Shown piece by piece: positions 28,741-40,586 of a stretch of 64,000 nucleotides of DNA (positions within the stretch are counted from its first letter, which is position 1; each line of letters starts with the position of its first letter). Below the pieces are notes generated by a model. It did not search any database and was not told the DNA's origin. It was given only the letters and a program-made list of their open reading frames with translations. The DNA comes from Nitrospirota bacterium (GTDB lineage: Bacteria > Nitrospirota > UBA9217), in contig CAWIYV010000009.1 in assembly GCA_963840455.1 (NCBI GenBank), positions 256,001 to 320,000 on the forward strand. Direction: 5' to 3'. A program made the translations under genes and the position numbers.

Positions 28741-30072
28741 TCAGCGACCGCTCCGGCGAACTGACGGGTCCTGCTGATGAGCGGTGGTCGAATCCACAGT
28801 TCTCAGATAATTGGCGGTATAGATGAAATCATCGAGGTCGTCCAGCTTGCCGTCCTTGTTCAGGTCTTTTCCCCGCTCCTTGAGATACCGGTCAAAATCG
28901 GCCATGGTGACGGTCTTTCCGCGGACAGGCCTGATAACGATCTTCGGTGCGACCGTGAGGGGATAGATCATCTTCAGCCCGCCCAGGGGGACCGCCACGC
29001 TTGCCTGGTATGCTCCTCGGTCCGGAAGCAGATCGACGATCCAGGTGTTGGTATTGTCCGGGTCCCTCTTCAGGGAAAGCAGCTTGGCGCCCATGACCGC
29101 GATATCCGAGGACGTTCTGGTGCCGGGGGAAGATACGAATACGAACCGCACGACGGATTTTCCGTCGGAGAGCGCGACAGGAGGCTCCTGGCGGCAGCCG
29201 ATCATGCTCTCATTGCCAAAGAGACCGATGAAGGCCGCGGGTGTACGCTCCCCCCGGTATGTCCGGAAGCGATCCAGGATGCTGGTCTGCCGATAAACGG
29301 ACTTGTCAGCGGCCGATGAGCCGGTTGCTGCGTCCTTTCCCTTCTGCGCCGCATCACTGGTCCGCGCCATTGCCAGACGATCTTGCTGAGCGGGACCGGC
29401 CTCAGCCGGGACAGACGGCCTGGCATCCTGTCCCGATGGGCGGGAAGCAGCGGGGGTCTCCGGAACGTTCGCTGAAGGGCTCCCTGGAACAACGAGAACG
29501 GGTGACTGAACGATTATCGGGGCCGCTGGCGTACCTGTGGACGCCGCCGATGGCGGTGTCGCCGGAGCTGACGGCGCATCCGTTCCTGTTGAGGCAGCGG
29601 CGGATTCGGATGCTGCGACGGGCGGAGCAGTAATGCTTGCCACCGATGGGATCGGCGATCCATTGATATCGGCAAGCCGGGCGGCCAAGGCGGTTATTCT
29701 GCCGGGAGACGAGCCTTTGCGGTCAAAGGTCATCGTGGCGATCACTCCGCTGCCGCGGACGGGGGTGAGGCTCACCATGACTATGCGGATCGTTCCAGGG
29801 ACATTCGGGTTGAACACCGGCATTGCCCCGGCGATCAGCGGGCCCGCAACGACGCGGGGGTTGGCGAGGGCTGCCGTATCATATGACACAACGACCTCCA
29901 GCGCTGCTGCATTCTCGACACCGATCCCCTGGAGCAGAAACACGCCGTCCCCGCCCGACGTTGCCGTGATCGTGGAAACGGCGAAGACCGGCATCGGCAG
30001 GAATATCATCAACAGCACCAAGATGGCAAGAATGATGCTGGCGGAAAGGCGAGCTCTTATTCTGACGACCAT
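28741..30072 (-). CDS. Secreted protein with N-terminal cohesin-like domain, Pro/Ala linker and C-terminal single EF-hand/dockerin-like motif
   Basis: Signal ..PVFA; AALEVVVSYD..LANPRV..GTIRIVMVS..GSGVIATMTF; DLNKDGKLDDLDDFIYTANY. Confidence 0.65.
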   Translation of the reverse strand: MVVRIRARLSASIILAILVLLMIFLPMPVFAVSTITATSGGDGVFLLQGIGVENAAALEVVVSYDTAALANPRVVAGPLIAGAMPVFNPNVPGTIRIVMVSLTPVRGSGVIATMTFDRKGSSPGRITALAARLADINGSPIPSVASITAPPVAASESAAASTGTDAPSAPATPPSAASTGTPAAPIIVQSPVLVVPGSPSANVPETPAASRPSGQDARPSVPAEAGPAQQDRLAMARTSDAAQKGKDAATGSSAADKSVYRQTSILDRFRTYRGERTPAAFIGLFGNESMIGCRQEPPVALSDGKSVVRFVFVSSPGTRTSSDIAVMGAKLLSLKRDPDNTNTWIVDLLPDRGAYQASVAVPLGGLKMIYPLTVAPKIVIRPVRGKTVTMADFDRYLKERGKDLNKDGKLDDLDDFIYTANYLRTVDSTTAHQQDPSVRRSGR

Positions 30073-30085
30073 AGGGATGTCCTTC

Positions 30086-30628
30086 CTAATATATCGACGC
30101 TGTTGCTGACAAGGACAGATTCGCTTCCAGACCGAATACGGTCGAAATGGTCATGGTGTCGATTCCCGTGGCATCATCGAGGACAAGTGGTACGAAACTC
30201 GATACAGTCGGAGACCCTGAAGCGATATTGGCGGTCACCTTACAAAATTCTCCCGCGGCGAAACCGGCAGCGCTGTAAACATATACCTTCACTGTTCCCG
30301 GGAACGTCCCTGTTGCTGCGGTATAAACTCCATCAATGACGGCGCCCGATGCCTTCCCTGACGCAGTCACCACGCCGGTGCCTGTTGCTGATGAGCTCGG
30401 CATGGTCTTGACCGTAACACCGGCAGGCAGGGTGATGGTGACGTCATAACTGTTGATGGTTGTTGTTAGAGGGAAAGTGGTGGTAACCGCGGTCGAAAGT
30501 GTTAGGATCGCCGTGGTAGGCTGGAATGGTGGTGGCGGCGTACTGCTGCTCCCTCCGCCGCCGCAGGCCGAAAGCATAGCGAGGCCAAGAGCAACTATCA
30601 ACAAGATGGATAGGGATGTCTTTTTCAT
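30086..30628 (-). CDS. Lipoprotein with cohesin-like beta-sandwich
   Basis: Lipobox LSAC-GGGG; YDVTITLPAGVTV..GTVKVYVYS..F.AGEFCKVT. Confidence 0.65.
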   Translation of the reverse strand: MKKTSLSILLIVALGLAMLSACGGGGSSSTPPPPFQPTTAILTLSTAVTTTFPLTTTINSYDVTITLPAGVTVKTMPSSSATGTGVVTASGKASGAVIDGVYTAATGTFPGTVKVYVYSAAGFAAGEFCKVTANIASGSPTVSSFVPLVLDDATGIDTMTISTVFGLEANLSLSATASIY

Positions 30629-30767
30629 TTATCTGATCCTCCTGGAATTTACGTTCCCTTCATGCTGCTAACGTTGAACAGCGTAGCAAGCGTTTTTTCG
30701 GCAGGCTCACCAGGCGTGGCCAGCATTCAAGCCTGGCCGTTCTGGTGTCCTGCCGGTACTCACCGCA

Positions 30768-33700
30768 TTACCAACTAGGCAGAAGAGCTGCCTTTCTCAA
30801 TATTGCAACCACATCGGCGCTGTCAAGCTTCCCATCGGGCACACGGGTCCCGCTTGACAGCGGGGCCACGTCGCCATGCGCAGTATCTGACGCGGTCGGT
30901 GTATCAATGCCGGCAACGAACCGAAGAGCCTTGAGGGCGTCGATCATGTCCACGATGCCGTCACCATTCAAATCACCGGAAGCATTGTCCACGGTGAAGG
31001 TAGCGCCCGGCCCGGCCGAAGAAGAGATGTTTCCTGCCAGGTCGCTTGCCGTCCCCGCCGCTATCGATATGCCGAGCGTTCCGTTGAATCCCGTGATATT
31101 AGAGACCGTGATCGTTCTGCTGCTCGTTCCTGCGCCGGTCACCGTGACTGACCCGTTCGCGTCGCCGGTCTTGTTCAAGGTTACATTCCCCGCCGCCAGG
31201 GTCACGTTGTCAGCGCCGGTGTAGGTCACGGTGTATGTTACCGGTGTGCCTTTATTTGCCACGGACAACGATGGCGGGCTGACCGCCAGGGTAGGCGCAG
31301 TGGTGTCATAGGTCCTGGTGAGCTGCAGAGCGGCACTGTTGCCGTTGCCCGCCGCGTCCTGAGCTACGTTACCAGCAACGTTCACCGTCACCGCGCCATT
31401 GGCAGTCGGCGTGACGTTGAAGTTATAGGTGGTGCCGCTGCCGGTAAAGTTTCCGATGGAGCCGTTGCCGACGATCACGTCGCCGCTCACAAAGCCCGTG
31501 ACCGCTTCGCTGAAGGTCACGGTCACTGGTATCGGCGATGTTCTGGTCTGATTCGAGGCCAGGGAGCTGATCGTCACGGTCGGCTGTGTGCTGTCATAGG
31601 TTCGGGCAAGCTGTACAGCCGCACTGTTATTGTTGCCCGCAGCGTCCTGGGCCACTCCGCCAGCAACGTCCACCGTCACGATACCATCAGCAGCGGGCGT
31701 AACAGTGAGGGTGTACGTAGTCCCGCTGACAGCAGTAAATAACCCGATGGAGCCGTTGCCGATGGTCACGTCACCGCTCGTGAAGCCCGTGACCGGTTCA
31801 CTGAAGGTCACGGTAAACGGGATCGGTAGTGCATTCGTCGGACTCGAGACGCTGGAGCTGATCACCGCGGTCGGCGCCACAGTGTCATACGTCCTGGTGA
31901 GCGAGACTGCCGCCAGGTTTGGGTTGCTCGCCACGTCGTGCGCAACACCGGCTGCAATTCCAACTGTTACCGTGAAATTGCCGGTTGGCGTAACATTGAA
32001 GGAATAGTCGGTCCCGCTGCCTGTAAATGCTGAGATAGTTCCATTACTGACGGTCACATCGCCACTGGTAAAGTCTGTCACCGGTTTGCTGAAGGTCACG
32101 GTCACCGGTATGGGCGATGTATTCGTCGGATTCGGGGCCGATGAGTTGATCGTCACGGTCGGCTGCACGCTGTCAAAGACCCTGGTAAGCGTACTTGAAA
32201 CGAGATTTCCGTTGCCAGCCGCGTCCTGGGCCGCGTTCGCATTAATGGTTACAGTGACCTGCCCGTTACCTGCCGGCGTAACAGAGAAGGTATAGTTAGC
32301 TCCGCTGCCGGAAAACGCTCCGACGCTGCCGTTGGTAACGGCGACCCCGGCAGAACTGAATCCAGTGACTGATTCACTGAATTGCACGGTCACCGGTATG
32401 GGAGAGGTATTCGTCGTTGGCGTGGCGGTGCTGCTGAGCGTCACAATAGTCGGCGCGACGTTATCCACGCTAAAGGTCGTGCTCGGTCCGGCAGCTGCTG
32501 CAGTGTTTCCCGCCAGGTCGTTCGCCGTTGCTGCCGCCAGTGAAATGCCGAGCGTCCCGTTCCCGGTGATGCTGGAGATCGTCACGGTCCGTGATGCGGT
32601 GCCTGTTCCCGATACCACGACAGTACCGTTCGCAGTGCCGGTCGTGTTCAAGGTGACATTTGCATTGGCCAGGGTGACCGAATCAGCCCCGGTGTAGGTC
32701 ACGGTATAGGTCACCGGCCCGGTGTTCGCTGCGGCCGCCGACGGTGCGCTGATCGCCAGGGTCGGTGCGCTGTTATCCACGCTAAAGGTCGTGCTCGGTC
32801 CGGCAGCTGATGCAGTGTTGCCCGTCAGATCGCTTGCCGTAGTTGCTGCCAGCGAAATGCCGAGCGTGCCGTTCCCGGTGATGCTGGAGATCGTCACGGT
32901 CCGTGATGCGGTGCCTGTTCCCGATACCACGACAGTGCCGTTCGCTGTTCCGGACTTATTCAAGGTGACATTTGCATTGGCCAGGGTGACCGAATCAGCT
33001 CCGGTGTAGGTCACGGTATAGGTCACCGGCCCGGTGTTCGTCAAGGTTGATGACGGCGCGCTTACCACAAGAGTCGGCGCGATGTTATCCACGCTAAAGG
33101 TCGCGCTCGGCGCGGCAGCTAATGCCGTATTGCCCGCCAGGTCGCTCGCCGTTGCCGCTGCCAGCGAAATGCCGAGTGTTCCGTTCCCGGTGATGCTGGA
33201 GATCGTTACGAGCCGTGACAGCGTGCCCGATCCCGATACCGCGACAGTGCCGGTCGCTGTGCCGGAGGGGTTCAGGGTTACATTTGCATTGGCCAGGGTG
33301 ACCGAATCAGCCCCGGTGTATGTCACGGTATAGGTTATTGGCCCGGTGTTCGTCAAGGTTGATGACGGTGCGCTGACCACCAGCGTCGGCGCGATGTTGT
33401 CAACAATAAAGGTCGTGCTCGGTCCGGCAGCTGCTGCCGTGTTTCCCGCCAGATCGCTCGCCGTTGCCGCTGCCAACGAAATGCCGAGCGTGCCGTCTCC
33501 GGTGATGCTGGAGATCGTCACGGTCCGTGATGCCGTGCCTGTTCCCGATACCACGGCAGTGCCGTTCGCAGTGCCGGTCGTGTTCAAGGTGATATTGGCG
33601 TCAGCCAGGGTGACCGAATCAGCCCCGGTGTAGGTCACGGTGTAGGTTACGGTCGCTCCGCTCTTGACGGCCGACGCTGATGGTGCGCTGATCGCCAGGG

Positions 33701-36700
33701 TCGGCGCGCTGTTATCCACGCTAAAGGTCGCGCTCGGTCCGGCAGCTGCTGCAGTGTTGCCCGTCAGATCGCTTGCCGTAGCTGCTGCCAGCGAAATGCC
33801 GAGCGTGCCGTTCCCGGTGATGCTGGAGATCGTCACGAGCCGTGATAGCGGTGCCCGTTCCCGATACCACGACAGTGCCGTTCGCTGTTCCGGACTTATT
33901 CAAGGTGACATTTGCATTGGCCAGGGTGACCGAATCAGCTCCGGTGTAGGTCACGGTATAGGTCACCGGCCCGGTGTTCGTCAAGGTTGATGACGGCGCG
34001 CTTACCACAAGGGTCGGCGCGATGTTATCCACGCTAAAGGTCGCGCTTGGTCCGGCAGCTGCTGCCGTATTGCCCGCCAGGTCGCTTGCCGTGCCAGCTG
34101 CCAGCGAAATGCCGAGTGTTCCGTTCCCGGTGACGCTGGAGATCGTTACGAGCCTTGATATGGTGCCCGATCCCGATACCGCGACAGTGCCGGTCGCTGT
34201 GCCGGAGGTGTTCAGGGTGACATTGGCATTGGCCAGGGTGACCGAATCAGCCCCGGTATAGGTCACGGTATAGGTCACCGGCCCGGTGTTCGTCAAGGTT
34301 GATGACGGCGCGCTGACCACAAGGGTCGGCGCGATGTTATCCACAATAAAGGTCGCGCTCGGTCCGGCAGCTGCTGCAGTGTTGCCTGCCAGGTCGCTTG
34401 CTGTGCCAGCGGCTATCGATATGCCGAGCGTTCCGTTCCCGGTGATGCTGGAGATCGTCACGAGCCTTGACAGGGTGCCCGATCCCGATACCACGACGGT
34501 GCCGGTCGCTGTGCCGGTCGCGTTCAAGGTGGCACTGGCCAGGGTCACCGAATCAGCTCCAGTGTAGGTCACGGTGTAGGTTACTGTCGCTCCGCTCTTG
34601 ACTGCCGACGCTGACGGTGCGCTGATAGCTGCGGTCGGCACCACGCTGTCGAAGGTCACGCTGCTGGAATCGGTCGTTAAATGTACCTCTGATCCAGAGA
34701 CGTTCGAAAGATTCTTGTAGGTGATGGAGAAGGAAACCATTCCCTGCGGATCGGATCCGGTCATCACAATGCTTGCCGACCAGCTTGTACCGCCGCCGAG
34801 CGGCGTCACTGACGCCGTACGTCCGGCCATCGTCACGGTCGGGGTAGAAATGACCTGCGATGAGGTGAAGGTCAGGGTGACGGTATCACCGGTCTTGGCA
34901 CGGGAGGTGTTGGTGGCATTGTTCGATGCAATATGGACGCTCGTATAGCGTGGCGGCAGCGTGGTCGCCACCTTCCGGATGCGCCAGTTGTTCACGTCCG
35001 CGATATAGAGGTTTCCGGCCGGGTCAACGGCGACACTGTAGGGGTTGTTGAGGATCGAATATCCGTCCGGCGCCGCCTGTTCGCCATCCCCGGCAAAACC
35101 GACAAATACGTTGGTAGCAACATGCCAGGGGTTATTATCCTGAATACCATTGCCGACGAACGTGGTGATCAATGCCGGCGTACCCGGTGTGACCTTCCGG
35201 ACCTTGCTGTTATAGAAGTCAGCGATATAGAGGTTCCCGGCCGCGTCCACGGCAACGCCGTAGGGCGTTGCGAGTTGCGCCGTGTTGCGTCGCACACCTT
35301 CACCGGAATATCCGTACGTTCCGTTCCCCGCGTAGGTGCTGATGGTACCGCCAGGAGTGACCTTCCGGATGCGGTTATTGCCGGAATCAGCAATAAAGAC
35401 ATTCCCAGCAGCATCAACGGCGACGCCGGTCGGCGTGTTCAGGTTTGCTGATAGGTAGCGGCTCCCCGCAACACCATCGCCTCCGTAGCCGGTGCACGGT
35501 CCCTGCAAAGTTCGTTATCGTTGCCGCCGGATAGGTGACCTTCCGGACACGGTTATTCTCCGTGTCAGCGATATATAGGTTCCCGAGCGTGTCTGTTGCG
35601 ACGCTCCTAGGGCCGCTCAACAGCGCCGCAGTTGCCAATCCGTCATCTCCCGAAGAACCCTGGGTGCCACCAGTTCCCGCCACGGTGCTTATCGTGCCCC
35701 CAGAAGTAACTTTACGGATGCGATGATTATAGGAGTCCGCGATATAGACGTTCCCGCTGGTGTCCGCAGTCACGCCGTAGGGATTGTTCAGTTGCGCCGA
35801 CAGGGCGGGCCGTTATCACCGCCCGATCCTTCCGCGCCGGTTCCGGCTATCGTGGTGACCGATCCTGTTGAGGCTGAGACCATACGGACGATCGAATTCT
35901 TGGTATCTGCGATGTAGAGCGTTCCCGGAAGGATCCGTACCGACGCCATGGGCATAGTTCAGTTTCACCGCGGTCGCCGCATGTTGGGCCGGAAATGCCA
36001 TCATACAGATTGATCGGGCTTTCCTGCGAATCGTGGATATCGTTCCGCCAGGGGTTACCTTCCTGATGCAGTCGTTGAACTGGTCTGCGATATAAAGATT
36101 CCCGGCACTGTCCCGTGCGAGACCGGTGGGAAATCTCATTGCCGCAAAGTGGCCGACGCCGCCATCACCGTAGCGTAGGGTCACCCGTAAAAGCTGCCCG
36201 CCACGGTGCTGATATTTCCGTCGTGTCTTCACCTTGCGGATGACGACTATTATAGGTGTCGGCAATATAGATGTTCCCGGCTGCGATCGACCACAACGCC
36301 GAAAGGCCCGTTCAGGCTCGCAGCGTTGCCAGCGCCTTCATCACCGGTGAATAAGCAGCTGTCCCATTTCCTGCCACGGTGGTTATAATAGGTTGGTGGA
36401 AATAATCAATTTTTCTTATACGATGATTATTCGTGTCGGCAATGTAGATATTTCCGATGCTATCCACGGCAACATCGGTGGGGTAGTTCAGGTGTGCACT
36501 CCAGACGAGACCGCCGTCGCCGTCGCCGCCGAGGGTAGGCGTCGAGCTCCCGGCAATAGTCTAATCCGTTCGATCAGATGAATCCACTCTCCGCACACGA
36601 TTGTTGTTCGAATCGGCAATATAGATGACACCTGTTGTGTTTGTGGTCGACGCTATAGGGATAAAAGAGCGTAGCTGAGGTGCAGGTATGTTATCGACGT

Positions 36701-37192
36701 TATGGCTCCCTGTGCCGATGTCACCGGTTCCTGCCACGGTCTCATCGTACCATCCGATATAGGTCGATCTTTCCGGATACGCTGGTTGAAGCTGTCGGCG
36801 ATCAGGATGTTGCCGTCCTCGTCAACTGCTACGCCATTGGCCTCGTTGATGCTTGCCGCGGTGGCAAGCCCGCCATCGCCGGCAAATGCGCTGATCCCGT
36901 TTCCCGCGACCGTGGAGATCGTTCCTGATGTAGTCGACACCATCCGGATGCGCTGATTGTAGGTGTCGACGATGTAGACTTTCGTGCCGTCAGCGCTTAC
37001 GGCAATATGGGCCGGATTGTTGATGCGCGCCGAGGTGGCGAGACCGCCGTCGCCGACATACCCTCCTACCACTGTGCTGATGGTTCCGGATGCGGCAAAA
37101 GCGGGAGTCAGCGATGCGATGATGCACAGCGCACTGATGACGATACAGCATGCCAGCCTTCCCTTGCGTATTCCCATTCTCAAAATATTCAT
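30768..37192 (-). CDS. Giant secreted protein: NHL/teneurin-like repeats, ~104-aa Ig-like repeats, Big_12-like domains, C-terminal dockerin; split by multiple frameshifts
   Basis: Start MNILRMG..PAFA (RBS GGAGG). NHL motifs (P.GVAVD..GNLYIAD..N.RIRKV) in fragments 36653-37240, 35816-36265, 35414-35773 and 33721-35508. 312-bp repeats. C-terminal GDLNGDGIVDMIDALKALR..GDVAP..DGKLDSADVVAILRK. Confidence 0.75.
32455..34650 (-). repeat. Intragenic tandem repeats, ~312-bp period, 7 units
   Basis: Recurring TYTVTYTGADSVTLANANVTLN..VTISSITGNGTLGISLAA.TASDL.GN; shadow ORFs recur at ~312-bp spacing. Confidence 0.85.
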
Positions 37193-37439
37193 GTGACCCT
37201 CCATAGTCTGTATAAGGCCGTCTGCGCTTTTACGGCGCATCTTACTTGCGTATCGCAGCTAATAACCGTGGTGCTGAGTACTACGTCAGGAAAGCGCTCA
37301 GCTGCCCGACTGGCCAGTACTCTGGCAACCACGGTTTTATGTTGAGCTGATCGCTCGATCATGAAGAACACAATCGTGCAGATGGGCATTGTCTGCAGCT
37401 ATCTGTCTGAACGCTGCAGCACTCTTATGTCTGTCAGAA

Positions 37440-37453
37440 GCAAGAACGATGCC
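37440..37453 (-). promoter_or_regulatory. sigma54 (-24/-12) promoter for the NHL/dockerin operon
   Basis: Minus strand GGCATCGTTCTTGC = GG-N10-GC with TTGC. Confidence 0.6.
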
Positions 37454-37521
37454 TTAATCGGTCTGCATGGTATTGGAACGACCATAGGTGCGGTATCCAG
37501 GGAGAGTTAAAATGTATCAAT

Positions 37522-37561
37522 GACTTGAACACCACCGATGCGACTTGAACGCCACCGATGC
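37522..37561 (+). repeat. 20-bp tandem repeat
   Basis: GACTTGAACACCACCGATGC / GACTTGAACGCCACCGATGC. Confidence 0.7.
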
Positions 37562-37893
37562 CGGATGATCATGTTTTAGGCTTAGGGAGATGCCGGATGA
37601 TCACAATCCGGATAAAAAGCCCTCGAACCTGTCCGTTTCCCGGCGGTGCGGTGTAATGTGTATCCTTTGGATACAATCACAAAATGCTCGGATCATTACA
37701 AAACCATACAAAACAATGTGTTGGAAACTAGATACCGTCTCATGGCTATGTACAACGATGGAATTACCAGGTGAGCGGCCAAATGTGTGTCCACGGGATG
37801 CACTTCTTCAGACCAGGGACCTGAGGTCCGCTCAAGATGCGGTCAAAATCAGGGCTTATTGCGTGAGCATTGAAATTGCATAGTACTATTGAC

Positions 37894-38271
37894 ATGAATA
37901 ATAGCGGAACAAGAAGGGTGCTGATCTACGACGAAGCGGGTTTCTCCCGGGTCTGTTCCGCCCTCCTGGAGATGTCGGGATGCGCCACGGACATCATGGG
38001 TGACTCGTCCGGCAAACTGAACAGCTCCGATATCGGCGTATTCATCACCAGCTATCCTTATGGAGCGTTCATGCTCGATGAAGTGAAGAAGCGCAGCATC
38101 CCGGTGATCGTGCTGTTCGACAACCTCGATGCGGGGTTCATCGATGTGCTGCATACGTACGACAATCTCTACTGTATGATCAAGCCTCTCGATTATGATA
38201 GGTTCAAAGGTTTGGTGCAGCAGCTGCTGAGCGGCGAACAGGTATCGCGAGAGGATTTCAACAGCATATGA
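37894..38271 (+). CDS. Degenerate receiver-like protein heading the EPS operon
   Basis: RRVLIYDE..IPVIVL..CMIKPLD receiver-fold pattern lacking the phosphoacceptor Asp. Confidence 0.6.
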   Translation: MNNSGTRRVLIYDEAGFSRVCSALLEMSGCATDIMGDSSGKLNSSDIGVFITSYPYGAFMLDEVKKRSIPVIVLFDNLDAGFIDVLHTYDNLYCMIKPLDYDRFKGLVQQLLSGEQVSREDFNSI

Positions 38272-39296
38272 ATGATAGAACGGAAACCGGATGCTGCGAC
38301 GGGCAATCGGGTCCCGGTTGCCCAGCACGAACGATCGTCACGTCCATGATGCAGGCGCATATGACACCCAAGGATCGAGAGGAACAAAAGCGGATGAGCG
38401 GGTCAGAGGGCAAAAAATTCAAGATGACGCTTCTCGCAGCGTTCCTGTTCTTCACGCTGCTTTCCATGGCAGCGGCACCGCCGCCGGCCCTGTCCGGCGA
38501 CTATCAGATCGGAGAAGGCGATACGCTGATGATCTCCGTGTGGGGCGAAAAGGAACTGAGCCTGTCGGTCAAGGTCCGCCCCGACGGCAAGATCACGCTG
38601 CCGGCACTGGGCGAGATCATGGCGGCCAGCCAGACCCCGAACGATCTGCAGACGGACCTGCAGAAGAAGCTGCGGGGCATCGTCAAGAACCCGGTCGTGA
38701 CGGTGATCGTCATGGAGGTCACGAACAACAAGGTATACGTGTTCGGCGGCGGCATCTCCCCCGGCGTCTACAGCCTGACGGGGCGGACCACGCTGCTCCA
38801 GCTGCTCTGCCAGATCGGCCAGCAGCGACCGGTCATCGAGGTGCGGGCCGTGTCGCCCGGGTCGTCGTCAAACTCATCTACAGCGCAGATCGCGGACCTC
38901 AGGAACTCGTATGTCATCAGGGGCGGCAAGAAGATCAAGAAGGACTTCTATGACCTGTTCGTGAATGGCAATATGTCCCAGGACATCGTGATCGAGCCGA
39001 ATGACGCGATCTTCATCCCGGCGTTCCAGGACCGGAACGTCTACGTCATGGGAGCCGTCACGACCCCGAAGTCCATCTCCTACCGCGATGGCATGACCGT
39101 CGTTGAGGCCATCCTGGAGGCCGGCGGGTTCACCAAGTTCGCGAAACCGAACAATACGGTCATCTATCGCAAGGAGGGGGACAAGGAAATCGTCACCCCC
39201 GTCAAGCTCAAGGACCTGATCAATGACGGCGACCTGCGTCAGAACCCCCGCATCCAGCCGGGGGATTACGTGGTCGTGTACGAAAGCATATTCTAA
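38268..39296 (+). CDS. Polysaccharide export protein (Wza-like, Poly_export + SLBB); true start possibly ~38394
   Basis: YQIGEGDTLMISVWGEKELS..VRPDGKITLP; VYVMGAV..P; EAGGFTKFA; QPGDYVVV. Confidence 0.9.
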   Translation: MNDRTETGCCDGQSGPGCPARTIVTSMMQAHMTPKDREEQKRMSGSEGKKFKMTLLAAFLFFTLLSMAAAPPPALSGDYQIGEGDTLMISVWGEKELSLSVKVRPDGKITLPALGEIMAASQTPNDLQTDLQKKLRGIVKNPVVTVIVMEVTNNKVYVFGGGISPGVYSLTGRTTLLQLLCQIGQQRPVIEVRAVSPGSSSNSSTAQIADLRNSYVIRGGKKIKKDFYDLFVNGNMSQDIVIEPNDAIFIPAFQDRNVYVMGAVTTPKSISYRDGMTVVEAILEAGGFTKFAKPNNTVIYRKEGDKEIVTPVKLKDLINDGDLRQNPRIQPGDYVVVYESIF

Positions 39297-39307
39297 GAGG
39301 AAGGAAC

Positions 39308-40576
39308 ATGGAGAATCAGCCCCAGGAAATGGATGTCAGACGATACCTGCAGATCCTTCACGCGAAACGGTATCTGTTCGTCCTGGTGACGGCGGGCATC
39401 ATCTCGCTCATCACCGCGGCGAGCTATGTTGTCCCGCGGAGCTACGAGGCATCTGCAACGGTATCCATCGAAAAGAACTATCTGAACGTGCTGATGCAGG
39501 ACATTGCGGTGGCGCCGTCGATCGAGGAACGGGGACACGCGCTCTCCGTCGTGATGATGAGCAGGGGGATGCTCCTCCGGGTACTGTCCGATCTCAAGGT
39601 GGAGGTCGGTTCAAAGAGCGAGGCGGAGATCGAGAAGCTCATCAAACGGTTCCAGACGAAGACGCAGATCAAGGTCGATATCAACCGGTCCAGCAGGAAG
39701 GACATGGAGCTCTTCACGGTCTCCTACCGCGACAGCGAACCCCAGTTCGCCCGGGACTATGTGAACATGCTGATCAACCGCTATATCGTCGACAGCCTTT
39801 CATCGAAGCGGCAGGAGGCGATCGGTGCGAACCGGTTCGTCTTCGGGCAGATGGACCTTTACAAGGACAAGATCGACCGGGCCGAAGAAGAACTGGCCCG
39901 GAGACGGAGAGAGCAGGGCGTCCAGCTTGCAACGCAGCTTCCACTGCTCCAGAAGAAATACGAAGAGCTGCTGGTGCAGTACACGGAGCAGCACCCCGAA
40001 GTCGTCCGTGTGCGGTCGGAGATCGAAGCGGCCCGCGAGCAGATGCAAATGCAAGCCCGGCAGGACCAGCGCCCGGCTGAGAACGAGAAGAAGATCAGGG
40101 AGAAACAGCCCAAGGCCCGGGCCACGGCCGAAAGCAAGAAGAGCATTGCTGATCTCGAGCGCGACCGGGAGGCGTATAAGAAGATCTATGAGTCGCTCGT
40201 TGCATCGATCGGAAGGGCCGAGATGTCGACCAAGGTAGAGACCCAGGCGAATTCGGACACCTTTCGTATCCTGGACCCGGCAGTCCTTCCGATCGAACCG
40301 GTCGGCGCACCCCGCTGGAAGATCATTTTGCTCGGCATCCTCGCCGGGATCGCAGGGGGCGCCGGGATCGTGATCGTCATGAACATGATGGACCGGTCGA
40401 TCAAGGACCTTGAAACGCTGAAAGGCTTCGGGCTGCCCGTGATCGGCGTGATCCCGAGGATCCAGAGCGTCAAGGCGATCCTCTCGTCCCGCAGGAAGGA
40501 CCGTCTGTTGTACGGAGCGGCCGGGATGTACCTCGCCGGGATCGCGGCGCTTGCCGTCGTAGAACTGTTGAAATGA
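39308..40576 (+). CDS. Polysaccharide chain-length determinant (Wzz/GumC-like, XrtA-system type)
   Basis: Two TM helices flanking a coiled coil; YTEQHPEV; FRILDPAVLP. Confidence 0.88.
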   Translation: MENQPQEMDVRRYLQILHAKRYLFVLVTAGIISLITAASYVVPRSYEASATVSIEKNYLNVLMQDIAVAPSIEERGHALSVVMMSRGMLLRVLSDLKVEVGSKSEAEIEKLIKRFQTKTQIKVDINRSSRKDMELFTVSYRDSEPQFARDYVNMLINRYIVDSLSSKRQEAIGANRFVFGQMDLYKDKIDRAEEELARRRREQGVQLATQLPLLQKKYEELLVQYTEQHPEVVRVRSEIEAAREQMQMQARQDQRPAENEKKIREKQPKARATAESKKSIADLERDREAYKKIYESLVASIGRAEMSTKVETQANSDTFRILDPAVLPIEPVGAPRWKIILLGILAGIAGGAGIVIVMNMMDRSIKDLETLKGFGLPVIGVIPRIQSVKAILSSRRKDRLLYGAAGMYLAGIAALAVVELLK

Positions 40577-40586
40577 AGGAGAGGGC

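Noticed and set aside
28722-28760. glmS ribozyme upstream of glmS
   Set aside because: Only ~19 bp separate glmS from the upstream gene, leaving no room for the ribozyme.
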